Source: Candidatus Thorarchaeota archaeon (GTDB lineage: Archaea > Asgardarchaeota > Thorarchaeia > Thorarchaeales > Thorarchaeaceae). From it: a stretch of DNA of 64,000 nt. The position numbers were made by a program, and so were the translations under genes. The stretch spans positions 55,969 to 119,968 of the forward strand of contig JBHLRZ010000006.1 in the NCBI GenBank assembly GCA_048882045.1, written 5' to 3'. Shown here piece by piece: positions 10,976 through 21,092 of this stretch. The notes beneath the pieces are model-generated. The model had not been told where the DNA came from. It did no database searches and worked only from the letters and a program-made list of their open reading frames with translations. Positions within the stretch are counted from its first letter, which is position 1, and each line of letters opens with the position of its first letter.

Positions 10976-12382
10976 CTAGTTACTTGCATCATCCTCGTCG
11001 TCTTCACCATAGCGTTTGGCTTTTCCAAGACGGCGACTGTCGTCAATTGAGAGTCTATCAGGGTCAGGTGCTGAGAGTTTATGCCCAGGTTCACCTTCTT
11101 TGATACCTTCAGCTCTTTCACTCGGCCAGGATTCACCAGGGTCTGGTGTTGCATCAGCAATATCCTCATCGACTTCATCGGGTGCGAAGGTCTCACCTTT
11201 CTCACGAGCTCGGGTAACAATGCGTTCCATCCTTCCTGTTCGTAGGTAGATTACAGCAGTGAAAATCGCAGCCAATGGGAATGCTATCAGCTTGGCTACA
11301 TCCTTAAACAGGAATAGGAATCTTGGATCAGCAAGAAGTCCAGTTTCGAACCAACCAGTGGCGGGATCACCAATGATAGTGAGTGGGTTCGCAGAAACAG
11401 TAATGATACTGTCTACAAAGAAGAAACCACTTGCTAGGAAGAATGTGATCAGTGGTCCAAAATCTCCGATTCTACCTCCAGGTTTCTCAGCAGCCTCTGT
11501 AGCTGTACGTCCGATTCCACTCAACGCGTAAGCCAAAAAGAAGAGTGACATACCAATGTCAACTGGCCCCATACCAGAAACTCCTGTACGACGCATGACG
11601 TTGACCAAGAAATACCCCGCATAAATAGAAATGAAGAGAGTTAGAAGGGCTATATTAAGGGCTGCACCTTTGCCAGCGTACCTGAAGAATGCTAGAAGCA
11701 TCACAAGTGCAAATAGTCCCATGCATCCGTATGCAACCATCAGATATGGGACTGTTTCTGGATTAGTGAGATTTGCACTAGCTAACGGGAAAATCCCGTT
11801 CATTGTTGTTCCTAAACCAAGGATATCGTTAGGAACTAAGTATAAGGCCAAAAGGGCTTCTGCAGCAATTATTCCTAAACCGATTATGAGAAGGATGAAA
11901 CTCCCAGTTCCCAATAGGAAACCTCCCTTCTTCGGCTCTGCGATTGTAGCAATTCTTAAACTAGTCCTTGTAGAAAGATAGCCTTGAAAAGCAATCCAGC
12001 CTACCCAGCCAAATATCGCAAAGAAGAGTAAAGCTGCTCTACCAACTAATATTGACAGAAATACTGCAATGGCAAATGAAACAGCCATCCAAGCAACACC
12101 CTTCATTTCGGTAACTCGTCCTCGACCTCTCCGTGTAATCCAGAGACCATCTACGCCCAACCCTGTGAAAAGTGAGCCCAGAGCAAAATAGATTGTACCA
12201 GCTGATCCGATATATGTGAAGAAGTAGACTAGCCCCTGTTCGATACCGGTTCCAGGGTAAGTATACATCAACCAAGACACAAAGAGACCGAGAAATGTTG
12301 TAGCAACAAACACAGTAAGATACGCGAGGTATCTCCGTGTTTTGAAGAAAACTCCAATTCCATCAAACAACGGGATTCCCAA
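10976..12382 (-). CDS. polytopic membrane protein with acidic C-terminal tail, unknown function
   Basis: about 11 hydrophobic segments; GGAGGT upstream of TTG. Confidence 0.75.
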   Translation of the reverse strand: MGIPLFDGIGVFFKTRRYLAYLTVFVATTFLGLFVSWLMYTYPGTGIEQGLVYFFTYIGSAGTIYFALGSLFTGLGVDGLWITRRGRGRVTEMKGVAWMAVSFAIAVFLSILVGRAALLFFAIFGWVGWIAFQGYLSTRTSLRIATIAEPKKGGFLLGTGSFILLIIGLGIIAAEALLALYLVPNDILGLGTTMNGIFPLASANLTNPETVPYLMVAYGCMGLFALVMLLAFFRYAGKGAALNIALLTLFISIYAGYFLVNVMRRTGVSGMGPVDIGMSLFFLAYALSGIGRTATEAAEKPGGRIGDFGPLITFFLASGFFFVDSIITVSANPLTIIGDPATGWFETGLLADPRFLFLFKDVAKLIAFPLAAIFTAVIYLRTGRMERIVTRAREKGETFAPDEVDEDIADATPDPGESWPSERAEGIKEGEPGHKLSAPDPDRLSIDDSRRLGKAKRYGEDDEDDASN

Positions 12383-12512
12383 TAATAGTAACCTCCCTGT
12401 CTAGTAGGGACAGAGGGTCTGGACTGATATAAGGTTTACAGCTATATTGCTCTCAGTTCTATGTTGTGAAAAATAATAAGAGACCTAAGTGTAAATTCAG
12501 CATCATCCAAGG

Positions 12513-15146
12513 ATGTGTGCCAAAATGGCTGTTCGAGTTCTAATGGTCGATGACGACCCAGTACATCTTGAACTGAGTGAACGATTCCTCACTCGTCAGA
12601 GTCCAGAATATGAGGTAGTTTCAGCTGAAACTCCTGAAGAAGCTATGAACCTCCTAATTGATGAGGCGTTTGATGCCGCTGTCTGTGATATTGATATGGG
12701 AAATGAGCAACCAACTGGACTTGATATATTAGAGCAAATCAGATCCAATGGACTAGACGTCTCCGTCATTATATTCACGGGCAAGAGCAGAGAAGAGATT
12801 GCCATCCAAGCATTAAACCTAGGTGCGGACTATTACCTTCGGAAGAGCTCGACAAAGATTGAGGCACTCTATGCTGAACTCTCATATTACATCCTTACCT
12901 CAGTTGAGAAGAGAAGAACTAAGAGAGCACTGGCGGAATCAGAGAGAAGGCTAAGACAGAGTGAGGCGAACCTAGCAGAGGCCCAGAGGATAGCTCGAAT
13001 GGGACACTGGAATTGGGACATTGTAGAAGACAATATCGAGTGGTCCGATGAGATCTATCGAATCTTTGGTCTTGAGCCGCAGGAGTTCGCTGCAACATAC
13101 GAAGCTTTTCTTTCATCAGTACACCACGATGATAGAGAGGATGTCCGAAAAGCTGTTGATGAAGCAATTTCCAAGAAGAAACCATACCACATCGACCACC
13201 GTGTGGTGAGATCAGATGGCTCCATTGTCCAGGTCCATGAAGCTGGAGAGGTCACCTATAATGAAAAAGGAGATGCTATTCGCATGATGGGTACAGTCCA
13301 GCAAATCACTGATGGTAGTCATCATGTTCCCGTAGGCGAAGAGAAGTTGATGCATAAAATCCTTCAAATTCGTCAGGATTGGTGGCAGGCAGTTTTTGAA
13401 CACTCACCGAATGCAATAGCAATCTTCGATGAGGAGGGATTGTTGATTGATGCTAACAATGCTGCTGTGCAGCTAGTTGGAGTGAAGACTCGTGAAGAGG
13501 TATTGGGACTGAGTCTCTTCAAAGACACAAATCTCCCTGACGAAGTGCTTGAAAAGGTTAGTAAAGGAGAGGTACATCGATTTGACTATAAATGGAAACT
13601 TCAGATCGTATTGGATTTGGGAATCATGGACACTTCACACACAGAAGATGTTTTCATGGATGTTGTTATTTCACCATTTCAAGATGCACAAGGCAAACCA
13701 AGTGGGTATATTCTGAATGTGACAGACATGACTGAGCGTCATAAGACGGAAGAAGCCCTCAAAGCAAATGAAGAAATGTTCAGGAATATATTCCAAGAAT
13801 CACCAGTTTGCATCGAACTATTCGATTCTGATGGCCTATTGATTAGCGCAAACAAAGCAACATTGGATCTATTCGGAGTTAGTTCTCTTGACAAGTTGGT
13901 TGGATTCAATATCTTTGAAGATCCCAATACACCTGAAAACGTCAAAGAACGTCTTCGAAAAGGAGAAACTGTGAAGATCGAAACAAGGTTCGATTTCTCG
14001 AAGGTCAAAGTCCACAACATCTATGAAACATCAAAGACCGGAATCATGCATCTTGATTGTGTTTACGCTCCTGTTAGATATGGAGATGAAGAGGGGCATC
14101 GTGGATTCATCATTCACATCCAAGATGCGACAGATCGTAGCTTGGCAGAACAAGCGCTTATGGAGAGTAGAGAGAGCTTCAAAGAGCTATACAATAATGC
14201 ACTAGTGGGATTATTCAGAATCAGGATTTCTGACGGGATGGTCTTGGAGTGCAACGACCAATTCGCAACAAGCTTAGAATTCGATGACAAAGAAACGTTA
14301 GTTGATGGTTCGAAATTCTTCAAGGAACTCCTGACGAAACCGAGTAGTTGGAATCAACTCAAAGCAGATTTACGCGATCATGGCAAAATTGTGACCGAAC
14401 TTTCAGTTTCACCCAAAGAAGGCAAACGTTTCTGGATGAGATTGTCGCTTAATATCTGGCCTGAAAAGGGCTACATTGAGGGAGTGATGTCAGACATAAC
14501 GGAGCAGAAGCAAGCTCTTGAAATGCTCAACAAGCAGAAGGAAGAACTCAGTGACTTTGCCCATTCCATGAGTCATGATATGAAGAACATCTTTCACAAC
14601 CTGCTCGGTTTCATCGAACTCATTGAAGAAGAGCAAGACATCTCACACCTAGACAGGATGAGAGCACTACTAAACGAAACCCGAGAGATGGTTGATCACT
14701 CGGTTGCATTGGCTGATGCAGGTCTTATTATCGAACAGAAAGAGAATGTAGACCTTGACTCCTTGATACGCGAAGTAGCAGACTCACTGATTCCTGAATC
14801 AATCACATACTCACAGAGCGAACTTCCAACAATCAGAGCTGATGAAAGGAAAGTAGCTCAGGTGTTCCGAAACCTGTTTGATAATGCTATTCAACATGGA
14901 AGACCAGACAAGATTGATGTAAGTCTGATTGACGAAGGCAGTAGGTTCCTGATCACAGTATCAAACGATGGAAAAGCAATTCCTGATGTCGTACGCGAGA
15001 AAGTGTTTCTCAGGGGATTCACAACCAGCAAGACTGGAAAGGGCTTTGGGCTGGCTATCGTAAAGAGACTCGTAGAAGCCCATGGCTGGTCAATCAAACT
15101 TTTGGAAAGTAGAACTACAGCATTCGAGATAACGATACCAAAATAA
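12513..15146 (+). CDS. hybrid sensor kinase REC-(PAS)x4-HisKA-HATPase
   Basis: VLMVDDD/CDID/FTGK receiver; PAS repeats; SHDMKN H-box; NLFDNA, DG, GFGLAIVK. Confidence 0.92.
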   Translation: MCAKMAVRVLMVDDDPVHLELSERFLTRQSPEYEVVSAETPEEAMNLLIDEAFDAAVCDIDMGNEQPTGLDILEQIRSNGLDVSVIIFTGKSREEIAIQALNLGADYYLRKSSTKIEALYAELSYYILTSVEKRRTKRALAESERRLRQSEANLAEAQRIARMGHWNWDIVEDNIEWSDEIYRIFGLEPQEFAATYEAFLSSVHHDDREDVRKAVDEAISKKKPYHIDHRVVRSDGSIVQVHEAGEVTYNEKGDAIRMMGTVQQITDGSHHVPVGEEKLMHKILQIRQDWWQAVFEHSPNAIAIFDEEGLLIDANNAAVQLVGVKTREEVLGLSLFKDTNLPDEVLEKVSKGEVHRFDYKWKLQIVLDLGIMDTSHTEDVFMDVVISPFQDAQGKPSGYILNVTDMTERHKTEEALKANEEMFRNIFQESPVCIELFDSDGLLISANKATLDLFGVSSLDKLVGFNIFEDPNTPENVKERLRKGETVKIETRFDFSKVKVHNIYETSKTGIMHLDCVYAPVRYGDEEGHRGFIIHIQDATDRSLAEQALMESRESFKELYNNALVGLFRIRISDGMVLECNDQFATSLEFDDKETLVDGSKFFKELLTKPSSWNQLKADLRDHGKIVTELSVSPKEGKRFWMRLSLNIWPEKGYIEGVMSDITEQKQALEMLNKQKEELSDFAHSMSHDMKNIFHNLLGFIELIEEEQDISHLDRMRALLNETREMVDHSVALADAGLIIEQKENVDLDSLIREVADSLIPESITYSQSELPTIRADERKVAQVFRNLFDNAIQHGRPDKIDVSLIDEGSRFLITVSNDGKAIPDVVREKVFLRGFTTSKTGKGFGLAIVKRLVEAHGWSIKLLESRTTAFEITIPK

Positions 15147-15228
15147 TATCGATTGGCATTTTCGTGCATATCGAAAGAAATTTTTCGGAGAGGGGCAAGC
15201 TTAATAGGTTCTAAGTCTAGGTACTTGC

Positions 15229-15330
15229 GTGGTCAGTGAACCGGTTGGGCCTTGTTTTCGTAACATGCCCTCATTACATAACTCCCCCCCTCCTACCACA
15301 TTGAGCCCGTCGGGACCTGACCACACCTCT
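15229..15330 (+). ncRNA. candidate structured small RNA (or structured 5' leader)
   Basis: terminal stem GTGGTCAG(15229-36)/CTGACCAC(15317-24), inner stem CCGGTTGGGC/GCCCGTCGG, C-rich loop, upstream TTAATA at 15201, downstream T-tract. Confidence 0.45.
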
Positions 15331-15362
15331 TTTGATTTCATGCACAAACTCTATGAGTCCAT

Positions 15363-15821
15363 ATGGGCACTGCGAAACTGTGGTCAAAGGTGGAGAAATG
15401 GAAGAAGCTACTAATTCTATCACTATGTTTTTACTTGTTGCATCTCTACCTGAGTGTGACAGTCGGCTGGTCAAGTCCTGCTGAGGTTGGACCACCAATA
15501 ATGGTGGTCACTCGGATCATACCGCCCGTTCTTCTCTTTTGGGCCTACGATAGTTGGAGGAAACATAAAGGGAAAGGTCTACCCTTTAGCAAATTCAACT
15601 GGAAGACTTTTTCACTAATGTTCCTTGTCATTGCCATTGCGTCATATGTGTTTGCGGCATATTTGTACATGAATCCGGGTTTTTCCCCTCAACCAGGAGC
15701 GGATCAGTTCCATATGATTGGAGCTATACTCTATGGCACTTTATGTTTCGGATTAGCGATTCATATGATTAGGAATCATGAACGAATTCAAGGAGAAGTA
15801 GATAGGATGATGCTTTCTTAG
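15363..15821 (+). CDS. hypothetical 4-TM membrane protein
   Basis: 152-aa ORF with four hydrophobic segments. Confidence 0.6.
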   Translation: MGTAKLWSKVEKWKKLLILSLCFYLLHLYLSVTVGWSSPAEVGPPIMVVTRIIPPVLLFWAYDSWRKHKGKGLPFSKFNWKTFSLMFLVIAIASYVFAAYLYMNPGFSPQPGADQFHMIGAILYGTLCFGLAIHMIRNHERIQGEVDRMMLS

Positions 15822-15916
15822 CTGGAATCGGGCCAAACCAAATAATCTCAAGCTGCTCTAACTGTTTTCAAAATTCTGACCATAACCCTTCTATTGATGA
15901 GCCGATTAGATGCTGG

Positions 15917-15940
15917 AATTTGTGTGATATGACACAAATT
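15917..15940. promoter_or_regulatory. 24-bp near-perfect palindrome, putative transcription-factor site
   Basis: AATTTGTGTGATATGACACAAATT just upstream of TTTTATA (about 15954-15960). Confidence 0.55.
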
Positions 15941-16033
15941 TATGCAATAATTGTTTTATAAGAATAGATGAAAGCCTTATTAGAAAGGTATGGCTCAGGT
16001 ATTGTCACTCACGTGATGGGAGGTGAGAATGTA

Positions 16034-16489
16034 ATGAGTTTATCGAAGAGAGTGAGTGTTGGATTACTGAGTCTAGTTTTCTTGCTTGCATTAGTGTCTG
16101 CAAGTCCTGTGCAAGCAAAAACACCGATTAGATGGGATTTTGCTGCTAGATATGTACCGACGCCTACAACTGATTGGATTGGAGAAATAGGTGAGGATGC
16201 GGAAATTGGCATGTTCATTACAGATGTTGTATTCCTATCCAATGGGCAGAAATTAGCTATAGATTGGTGGATCAATTTCGATGGTGGAGGACATCTTGAG
16301 GGAACAGCTCATGGATTTTTTGTCTATGAAACACACGACTATGTCTTGGATGGTGGACAATATGTCCTCAATGGAGAGGTGACAGGTACGTCTACAGAGT
16401 GGTCTCATTTACTCGGACGAAATGTGCATATTATGGGTTATGTAGCACCTTGGTTTTCGATAACTGAGGGAGTTTTACAGATAAACTGA
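16034..16489 (+). CDS. small secreted beta-rich hypothetical protein
   Basis: GGAGGTGA upstream of ATG 16034; signal peptide ending VQA. Confidence 0.75.
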   Translation: MSLSKRVSVGLLSLVFLLALVSASPVQAKTPIRWDFAARYVPTPTTDWIGEIGEDAEIGMFITDVVFLSNGQKLAIDWWINFDGGGHLEGTAHGFFVYETHDYVLDGGQYVLNGEVTGTSTEWSHLLGRNVHIMGYVAPWFSITEGVLQIN

Positions 16490-16517
16490 AGGAGATCCAA
16501 CTAACATAATGGTTATA

Positions 16518-16555
16518 GAGGGGTCGGTCAACGACTGACCCTTCTTTCTATTTTT
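16518..16555 (+). terminator. hairpin plus T-tract terminator
   Basis: GAGGGGTCGGTC-aac-GACTGACCCTTC followed by TTTCTATTTTT. Confidence 0.7.
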
Positions 16556-16662
16556 GAAATACCTCATTGTGTCCTTTGGACCCTAGAAATATCTGATTTC
16601 CACCTTCAGCTGCCTGAAGTTAATTCGAAATTGTACTCGACCATCAAAAGTAACATGTAATA

Positions 16663-16676
16663 GTAATACTTATTAC
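16663..16676. promoter_or_regulatory. palindromic operator GTAATA-CT-TATTAC, copy 1
   Basis: identical 14-mer at 18540-18553; about 75 nt upstream of ATG 16751. Confidence 0.55.
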
Positions 16677-16750
16677 ACTTTACATGTAACATAAAGTATC
16701 CCTTTAGAATCATGTGACATGAGCTGAAGGAGAGGTAGTAGTGAAATATT

Positions 16751-17017
16751 ATGGAAGAAAGAAAGGTGATCGTTGGGATTCCTGCAAGAATCAAGCAGGA
16801 CTCTCATCCTAAGCTGATATCTTGGTCGACTTTATCTAAACTCTTTCGGACAGTCGGTGGATTGCTTCATGTTAATGTGTCTCTTTCTGGTGTTTTTGGA
16901 GGATCCAAGGTTGCTTTCTCAAACGCACAGCGTAGGAGTGTTGCACTGAAGAGCTCAGACGCTGAACGAAGACGTATTGGACTACGGTATCTACGACAAC
17001 CTCCGGTCATTAGATAA
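16751..17017 (+). CDS. small basic hypothetical protein
   Basis: GGAGAGG upstream; followed by a terminator hairpin. Confidence 0.55.
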   Translation: MEERKVIVGIPARIKQDSHPKLISWSTLSKLFRTVGGLLHVNVSLSGVFGGSKVAFSNAQRRSVALKSSDAERRRIGLRYLRQPPVIR

Positions 17018-17037
17018 TAGACCAAACTCATACTCAA

Positions 17038-17069
17038 TGGGAGCTAATAGCTCCCACCCTTTTATTTTC
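17038..17069 (+). terminator. hairpin plus T-tract terminator
   Basis: TGGGAGCTA-a-TAGCTCCCA, then CCCTTTTTATTTT. Confidence 0.65.
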
Positions 17070-17111
17070 GATTCGACAACCTCCTCAGAGGTAGTTCATT
17101 GATAAAGGAAA

Positions 17112-18380
17112 CTAGGTCCCCGGACTCTCAAGGCGTTCTTTGGTTTGAGTTGTCGTTCCTTCATCGCGTTCTCTCCCAAAGAACCAGTAGAAGAGAATGA
17201 TACTCAACGAGTAGAAGACTGCAGCCACCGCAAAGGGAGCCCGGAAAAAGCCAGAAGCCAACAACCAGCCAGCAACATTAAGGCCAACAGCTCGACTCAA
17301 GGAGTCGCCTGCGTTAATGACCCCCATGGCTGTTGATCGTTCATCCTTCTCAAGACCCTCCAGGTAAAATACATCCATGACTGGCCAAGCAATATAGATG
17401 AACAGAGCTCGACCCACCTGCCCAAACACTGCTATCGCCAAAGTGGGAGACCAAGCCAATACCACAAGGAACGGAACAGAGAACACCTGGAACCAGATGA
17501 TAGTACCAAGCTTGCCAAACCTATCGACGATCTTTGGCGATGCGATCATCCCTGCTGCCTGGATGATTGTGCCAAAGGCAAAGATGATACCAATTGTAGC
17601 TGAGTCCAAAGCAAATGCACGTGTGTAGAACACATTGAAAAGTTGCACAAATAGTCCAGCACCGAAACCAGACACTGTCCATGCGAGAGCATATTCCCCA
17701 ATGAACCGATGGTTTCGTACATTGCTGAAGCCAAATTTCATTTGACCAGACTCGACACGGTCGACAGATAATGGTATGACACTAATGAGACTGAGTGCGA
17801 AGGGTATCAGTGCAGTCCAGAGAGAAAGTCGGTATGCTGAGAAGAGATCAAAAGCAATTCCTAAGCTAGTCCATAATGTAGGAAGGAACCCTCCTATCAG
17901 AGATCCAAGAAGACTTGCGAGTAGGAAGAACGCAAGTCGGATTGTAAAGACGTGAACCCTCTCATCTTCAGTCGTTATGCTGACTGTGTAGGGTTGCCAA
18001 CAGACATGAACAAACCCGTTTCCAATGCCATAGAGCACCTGTGAGAATATCAGATAGATAGGAGTCAGGGCAGAGTATTGAATCACAACAGCCAGAAAAA
18101 CAACGATGTTCCCTACAAGTATAATCCGTTTCCTAGAATGCCTATCAGCTACCATCCCAGCAAAAATGGCGAGTATTCCAGCTAGGACTGCTGATATCGA
18201 GAGAAAGAATCCGAGAAAATCTTCACCAAACCCAGCTTCTAGAAGATAGAGGTTGAAAAGCACATCGTTTATCCCAAGACCAAACGCCCATAAAACCCAA
18301 CCCACAATGGTCAATCGAGCGTCCCTTCCGACCATTTTCAGCCTAGCAGCATAGCTCAGTTTCTCAGATTCAATCGACAT
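17112..18380 (-). CDS. MFS transporter
   Basis: 12 TM; motif A GMVADRHSRKR and KIVDRFGK. Confidence 0.9.
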   Translation of the reverse strand: MSIESEKLSYAARLKMVGRDARLTIVGWVLWAFGLGINDVLFNLYLLEAGFGEDFLGFFLSISAVLAGILAIFAGMVADRHSRKRIILVGNIVVFLAVVIQYSALTPIYLIFSQVLYGIGNGFVHVCWQPYTVSITTEDERVHVFTIRLAFFLLASLLGSLIGGFLPTLWTSLGIAFDLFSAYRLSLWTALIPFALSLISVIPLSVDRVESGQMKFGFSNVRNHRFIGEYALAWTVSGFGAGLFVQLFNVFYTRAFALDSATIGIIFAFGTIIQAAGMIASPKIVDRFGKLGTIIWFQVFSVPFLVVLAWSPTLAIAVFGQVGRALFIYIAWPVMDVFYLEGLEKDERSTAMGVINAGDSLSRAVGLNVAGWLLASGFFRAPFAVAAVFYSLSIILFYWFFGRERDEGTTTQTKERLESPGT

Positions 18381-18539
18381 GGCTATCCGTTCAACTGAAC
18401 TCCGACTTTTCTTTATTACCTTTAGACAAGCGCAGATTTACTTTCAGCATGTCTGAACTTACATTACTTCAAAGTAAAGTAATGAGAGGACCGAATATTT
18501 TTTAGCTAATGAATGAATATCTCACGCTCGGATGCAACA

Positions 18540-18553
18540 GTAATACTTATTAC
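18540..18553. promoter_or_regulatory. palindromic operator GTAATA-CT-TATTAC, copy 2
   Basis: identical to 16663-16676; followed by extra GTATTAC/GTATTAT half-sites. Confidence 0.55.
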
Positions 18554-18624
18554 GTATTACGTATTATATGTAATGTCTTTGGGTTGTGCTTTCGAGCACT
18601 GTACTCGAAGGCAGAGGTCTGGAG

Positions 18625-18963
18625 ATGTATAGAGAAGATCTGAACAAGTTGGCTGGGTTGGATGCGAGAATCAAAGCAACCTCTAGTACATATTCGATAC
18701 TCCCTAGATTGACAGGCAATTTGATCAGCGGATTGGCGGCGACTATGCTAGCAATTCTATTGCTGATACCTGCAACATGGTTGCCAGGCTTGTTGCTATT
18801 GATTTTACCATCGGAGGCTTATCTGATTGATTGGGCGTATACCAAACTCAGCTCACACTATGAATCAGCAAAAGGTGAAATCTTGGAAATCGGTGAATAT
18901 TCCAAGCTTGATCGCGGAAAGAATCTTTCAAGTTGGAGCATATTCTCAGAATTCACGAGATAG
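18625..18963 (+). CDS. small hypothetical membrane protein
   Basis: GAGGT..GGAG before ATG 18625; central hydrophobic hairpin. Confidence 0.5.
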   Translation: MYREDLNKLAGLDARIKATSSTYSILPRLTGNLISGLAATMLAILLLIPATWLPGLLLLILPSEAYLIDWAYTKLSSHYESAKGEILEIGEYSKLDRGKNLSSWSIFSEFTR

Positions 18964-19088
18964 TCACTCCAGAATAGTAAGGACAGGAGTCACTTACTTT
19001 TTGGACTGTGGCTCCTGTTGATTTTTCTTGGCGTTTTGCAGAAGAGCTCATAAGGTGCAATCTTTGTTTCAGTTCAAGTGGTTCATTC

Positions 19089-20108
19089 ATGAGGCAGACA
19101 AGTGTTTTGTTTATTTGGAAAGTCAGAGAGGAACTCAGAGACTATTTGATTGAGGGTCTCTCTGGAGTAGAGAATATTGAATTGGAATTTCTTGATGATG
19201 TTTCAGAAGAGAACCTCATGAAGTATGCACCGAAGGCGGACATTCTTGTTGGTTGGAGACCCTCAAGAACTCTCTTGGATGCAGCCACACAATTCCGTCT
19301 ATTCATCAATCCAGGAGTCGGAGTCCAGCATCATCTTGAAACTTTCAGAGAGTTGATCAAGACAAGGGAGGTCATCCTGATCAATGGTCATGGAAATACA
19401 TACTTCACTGCACAACATGCGGTAGCACTCCTGTTATCTCTGACAAACAAGATCATACCTCATCATGGATGGATGAAAGAAGGCAAGTGGAGAAAGGGAG
19501 ATGAATCAGCAAAATCGATTCCATTACGAGATCGCCAAATTGGGCTATTGGGCTATGGGGCTGTGAATTCCAAAGTCCACAAGTTCCTCTCTGGATTTGA
19601 TGTCAGATTTCATGTATGTCGTCGGTCTTGGCCAGTCGAGTCAATCACTCTTCCGACGCCTGTGAAGAAATACTCCACCTCTGAGCTTCACGAATTTCTC
19701 AGCGAGGTTGATACACTCATAGTGGGAGTACCCCAGACTCCTGAAACCATAGGACTGATAGGAAAAAAGGAACTTGAGCTTCTTGGAGAGGGGGGTCTCG
19801 TTGTTACTATAGCCAGAGGTCTCGTAATAGGAGAGGAGGCATTCTACAATGCACTTGTGGAGAAGAAGATTGCTGGGGCTGGCATTGATGTCTGGTACGA
19901 ATACAATCCAGAAGATGACTCTGAAGGGAAGAAGTATCCTTACTCATATCCATTTCATGACCTGGACAATGTTGTCCTCTCACCGCATCGTGGCGCATCA
20001 CCAATGGACGACCTCAAACGATGGGACGAGGTCATTGAGAATATTACTCGTTTTGCCCAAGGTAAAGATGAGTTCATCAATGTTGTGGACCTTGAACGTG
20101 GCTATTAA
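19089..20108 (+). CDS. D-isomer-specific 2-hydroxyacid dehydrogenase family protein
   Basis: GLLGYGAV, P.TPET.GLI, IARG, GIDVW, SPH. Confidence 0.9.
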   Translation: MRQTSVLFIWKVREELRDYLIEGLSGVENIELEFLDDVSEENLMKYAPKADILVGWRPSRTLLDAATQFRLFINPGVGVQHHLETFRELIKTREVILINGHGNTYFTAQHAVALLLSLTNKIIPHHGWMKEGKWRKGDESAKSIPLRDRQIGLLGYGAVNSKVHKFLSGFDVRFHVCRRSWPVESITLPTPVKKYSTSELHEFLSEVDTLIVGVPQTPETIGLIGKKELELLGEGGLVVTIARGLVIGEEAFYNALVEKKIAGAGIDVWYEYNPEDDSEGKKYPYSYPFHDLDNVVLSPHRGASPMDDLKRWDEVIENITRFAQGKDEFINVVDLERGY

Positions 20109-20962
20109 ACCTCTTCAAGTTCATCTGTCTTCAGAGTAAGCTTTCGTGGGTTTGCCAGGAGGCTGACCTCATACCTATGTTGTGTTGGTTCCCACTTCCC
20201 TTTCTTCCACTTGTGGAATCCATCATTGATCTTCTCTCGTATCTGACCGCGAAATGCAATCATAACAGAGAAGCATTGGAGTACTCTACAAAACCACTCA
20301 TTGTCAGCTAGAACTGGGTCCTTAATCTTAACTGTAAACTCCCCGCCGAGGTCTCCAAACTTACTGTCAATCTGAGCGACTTTCTTATGACCATTCAGAC
20401 GAATGACGTGGAAGTCATCACCAAGTGTTGCACGAGTACCTTCAATCCTAAAAGCTTCAAATGTTCCCTTGGGCCCAATGATGTAGAAGGAGTAGTTTTC
20501 GGTAGACATACCACCCCGCCGGAGTTGTTTTACCCATGTCACAAACTCACTCTCCCGAGAGAGGACAGTGAATGCAATCAGAGGCTCATCTGATACAAAA
20601 CTAATGGCATACTCCTCAGCCACCATCTCCTCCATCGTGGCAATCCAACCACCACTGTTTGAAAAAAGTTTGATAACAAGTCGTCTATCTAGTTCATCTG
20701 CTTTAGCCCACAACGATTGCCGGAGGATGATAAAACCTATCTTCTTGACAGGAGGCGACTTCTGTTTGTCGTTTGTACGTCGGCCTTCATCGATCTTTCC
20801 TATGATATCGGCATCTCTGGAAAACTGCCTGCTCTTTGACCGCCACATCTCCTCCTGACGGAAGCCAATCTCTTCAGTATGAAAACCAGTAGAATAGAGA
20901 TCTTGTGAAAAGACTCGATAGATAGGTCCGACTTTACGCTCCTTTTCCTTAGGCATTCGCAT
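20105..20962 (-). CDS. hypothetical protein, possible LURP-one/Tubby-like fold
   Basis: FRIEG...GDDFHVI...KVAQIDSKF...EFTVKI followed by a hydrophobic helix. Confidence 0.5.
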   Translation of the reverse strand: MRMPKEKERKVGPIYRVFSQDLYSTGFHTEEIGFRQEEMWRSKSRQFSRDADIIGKIDEGRRTNDKQKSPPVKKIGFIILRQSLWAKADELDRRLVIKLFSNSGGWIATMEEMVAEEYAISFVSDEPLIAFTVLSRESEFVTWVKQLRRGGMSTENYSFYIIGPKGTFEAFRIEGTRATLGDDFHVIRLNGHKKVAQIDSKFGDLGGEFTVKIKDPVLADNEWFCRVLQCFSVMIAFRGQIREKINDGFHKWKKGKWEPTQHRYEVSLLANPRKLTLKTDELEEV

Positions 20963-21092
20963 CACTTGTTCTTGCAGATGGTGGTTGCTGTGATAAGTCT
21001 TAGTCCCAGTACCAATCTCTTGATTTGTAGATTCATTCGACAACTCACAACATTCTTATGGCAGACTTTGATGGTGAATCACCCGTTGGCCT

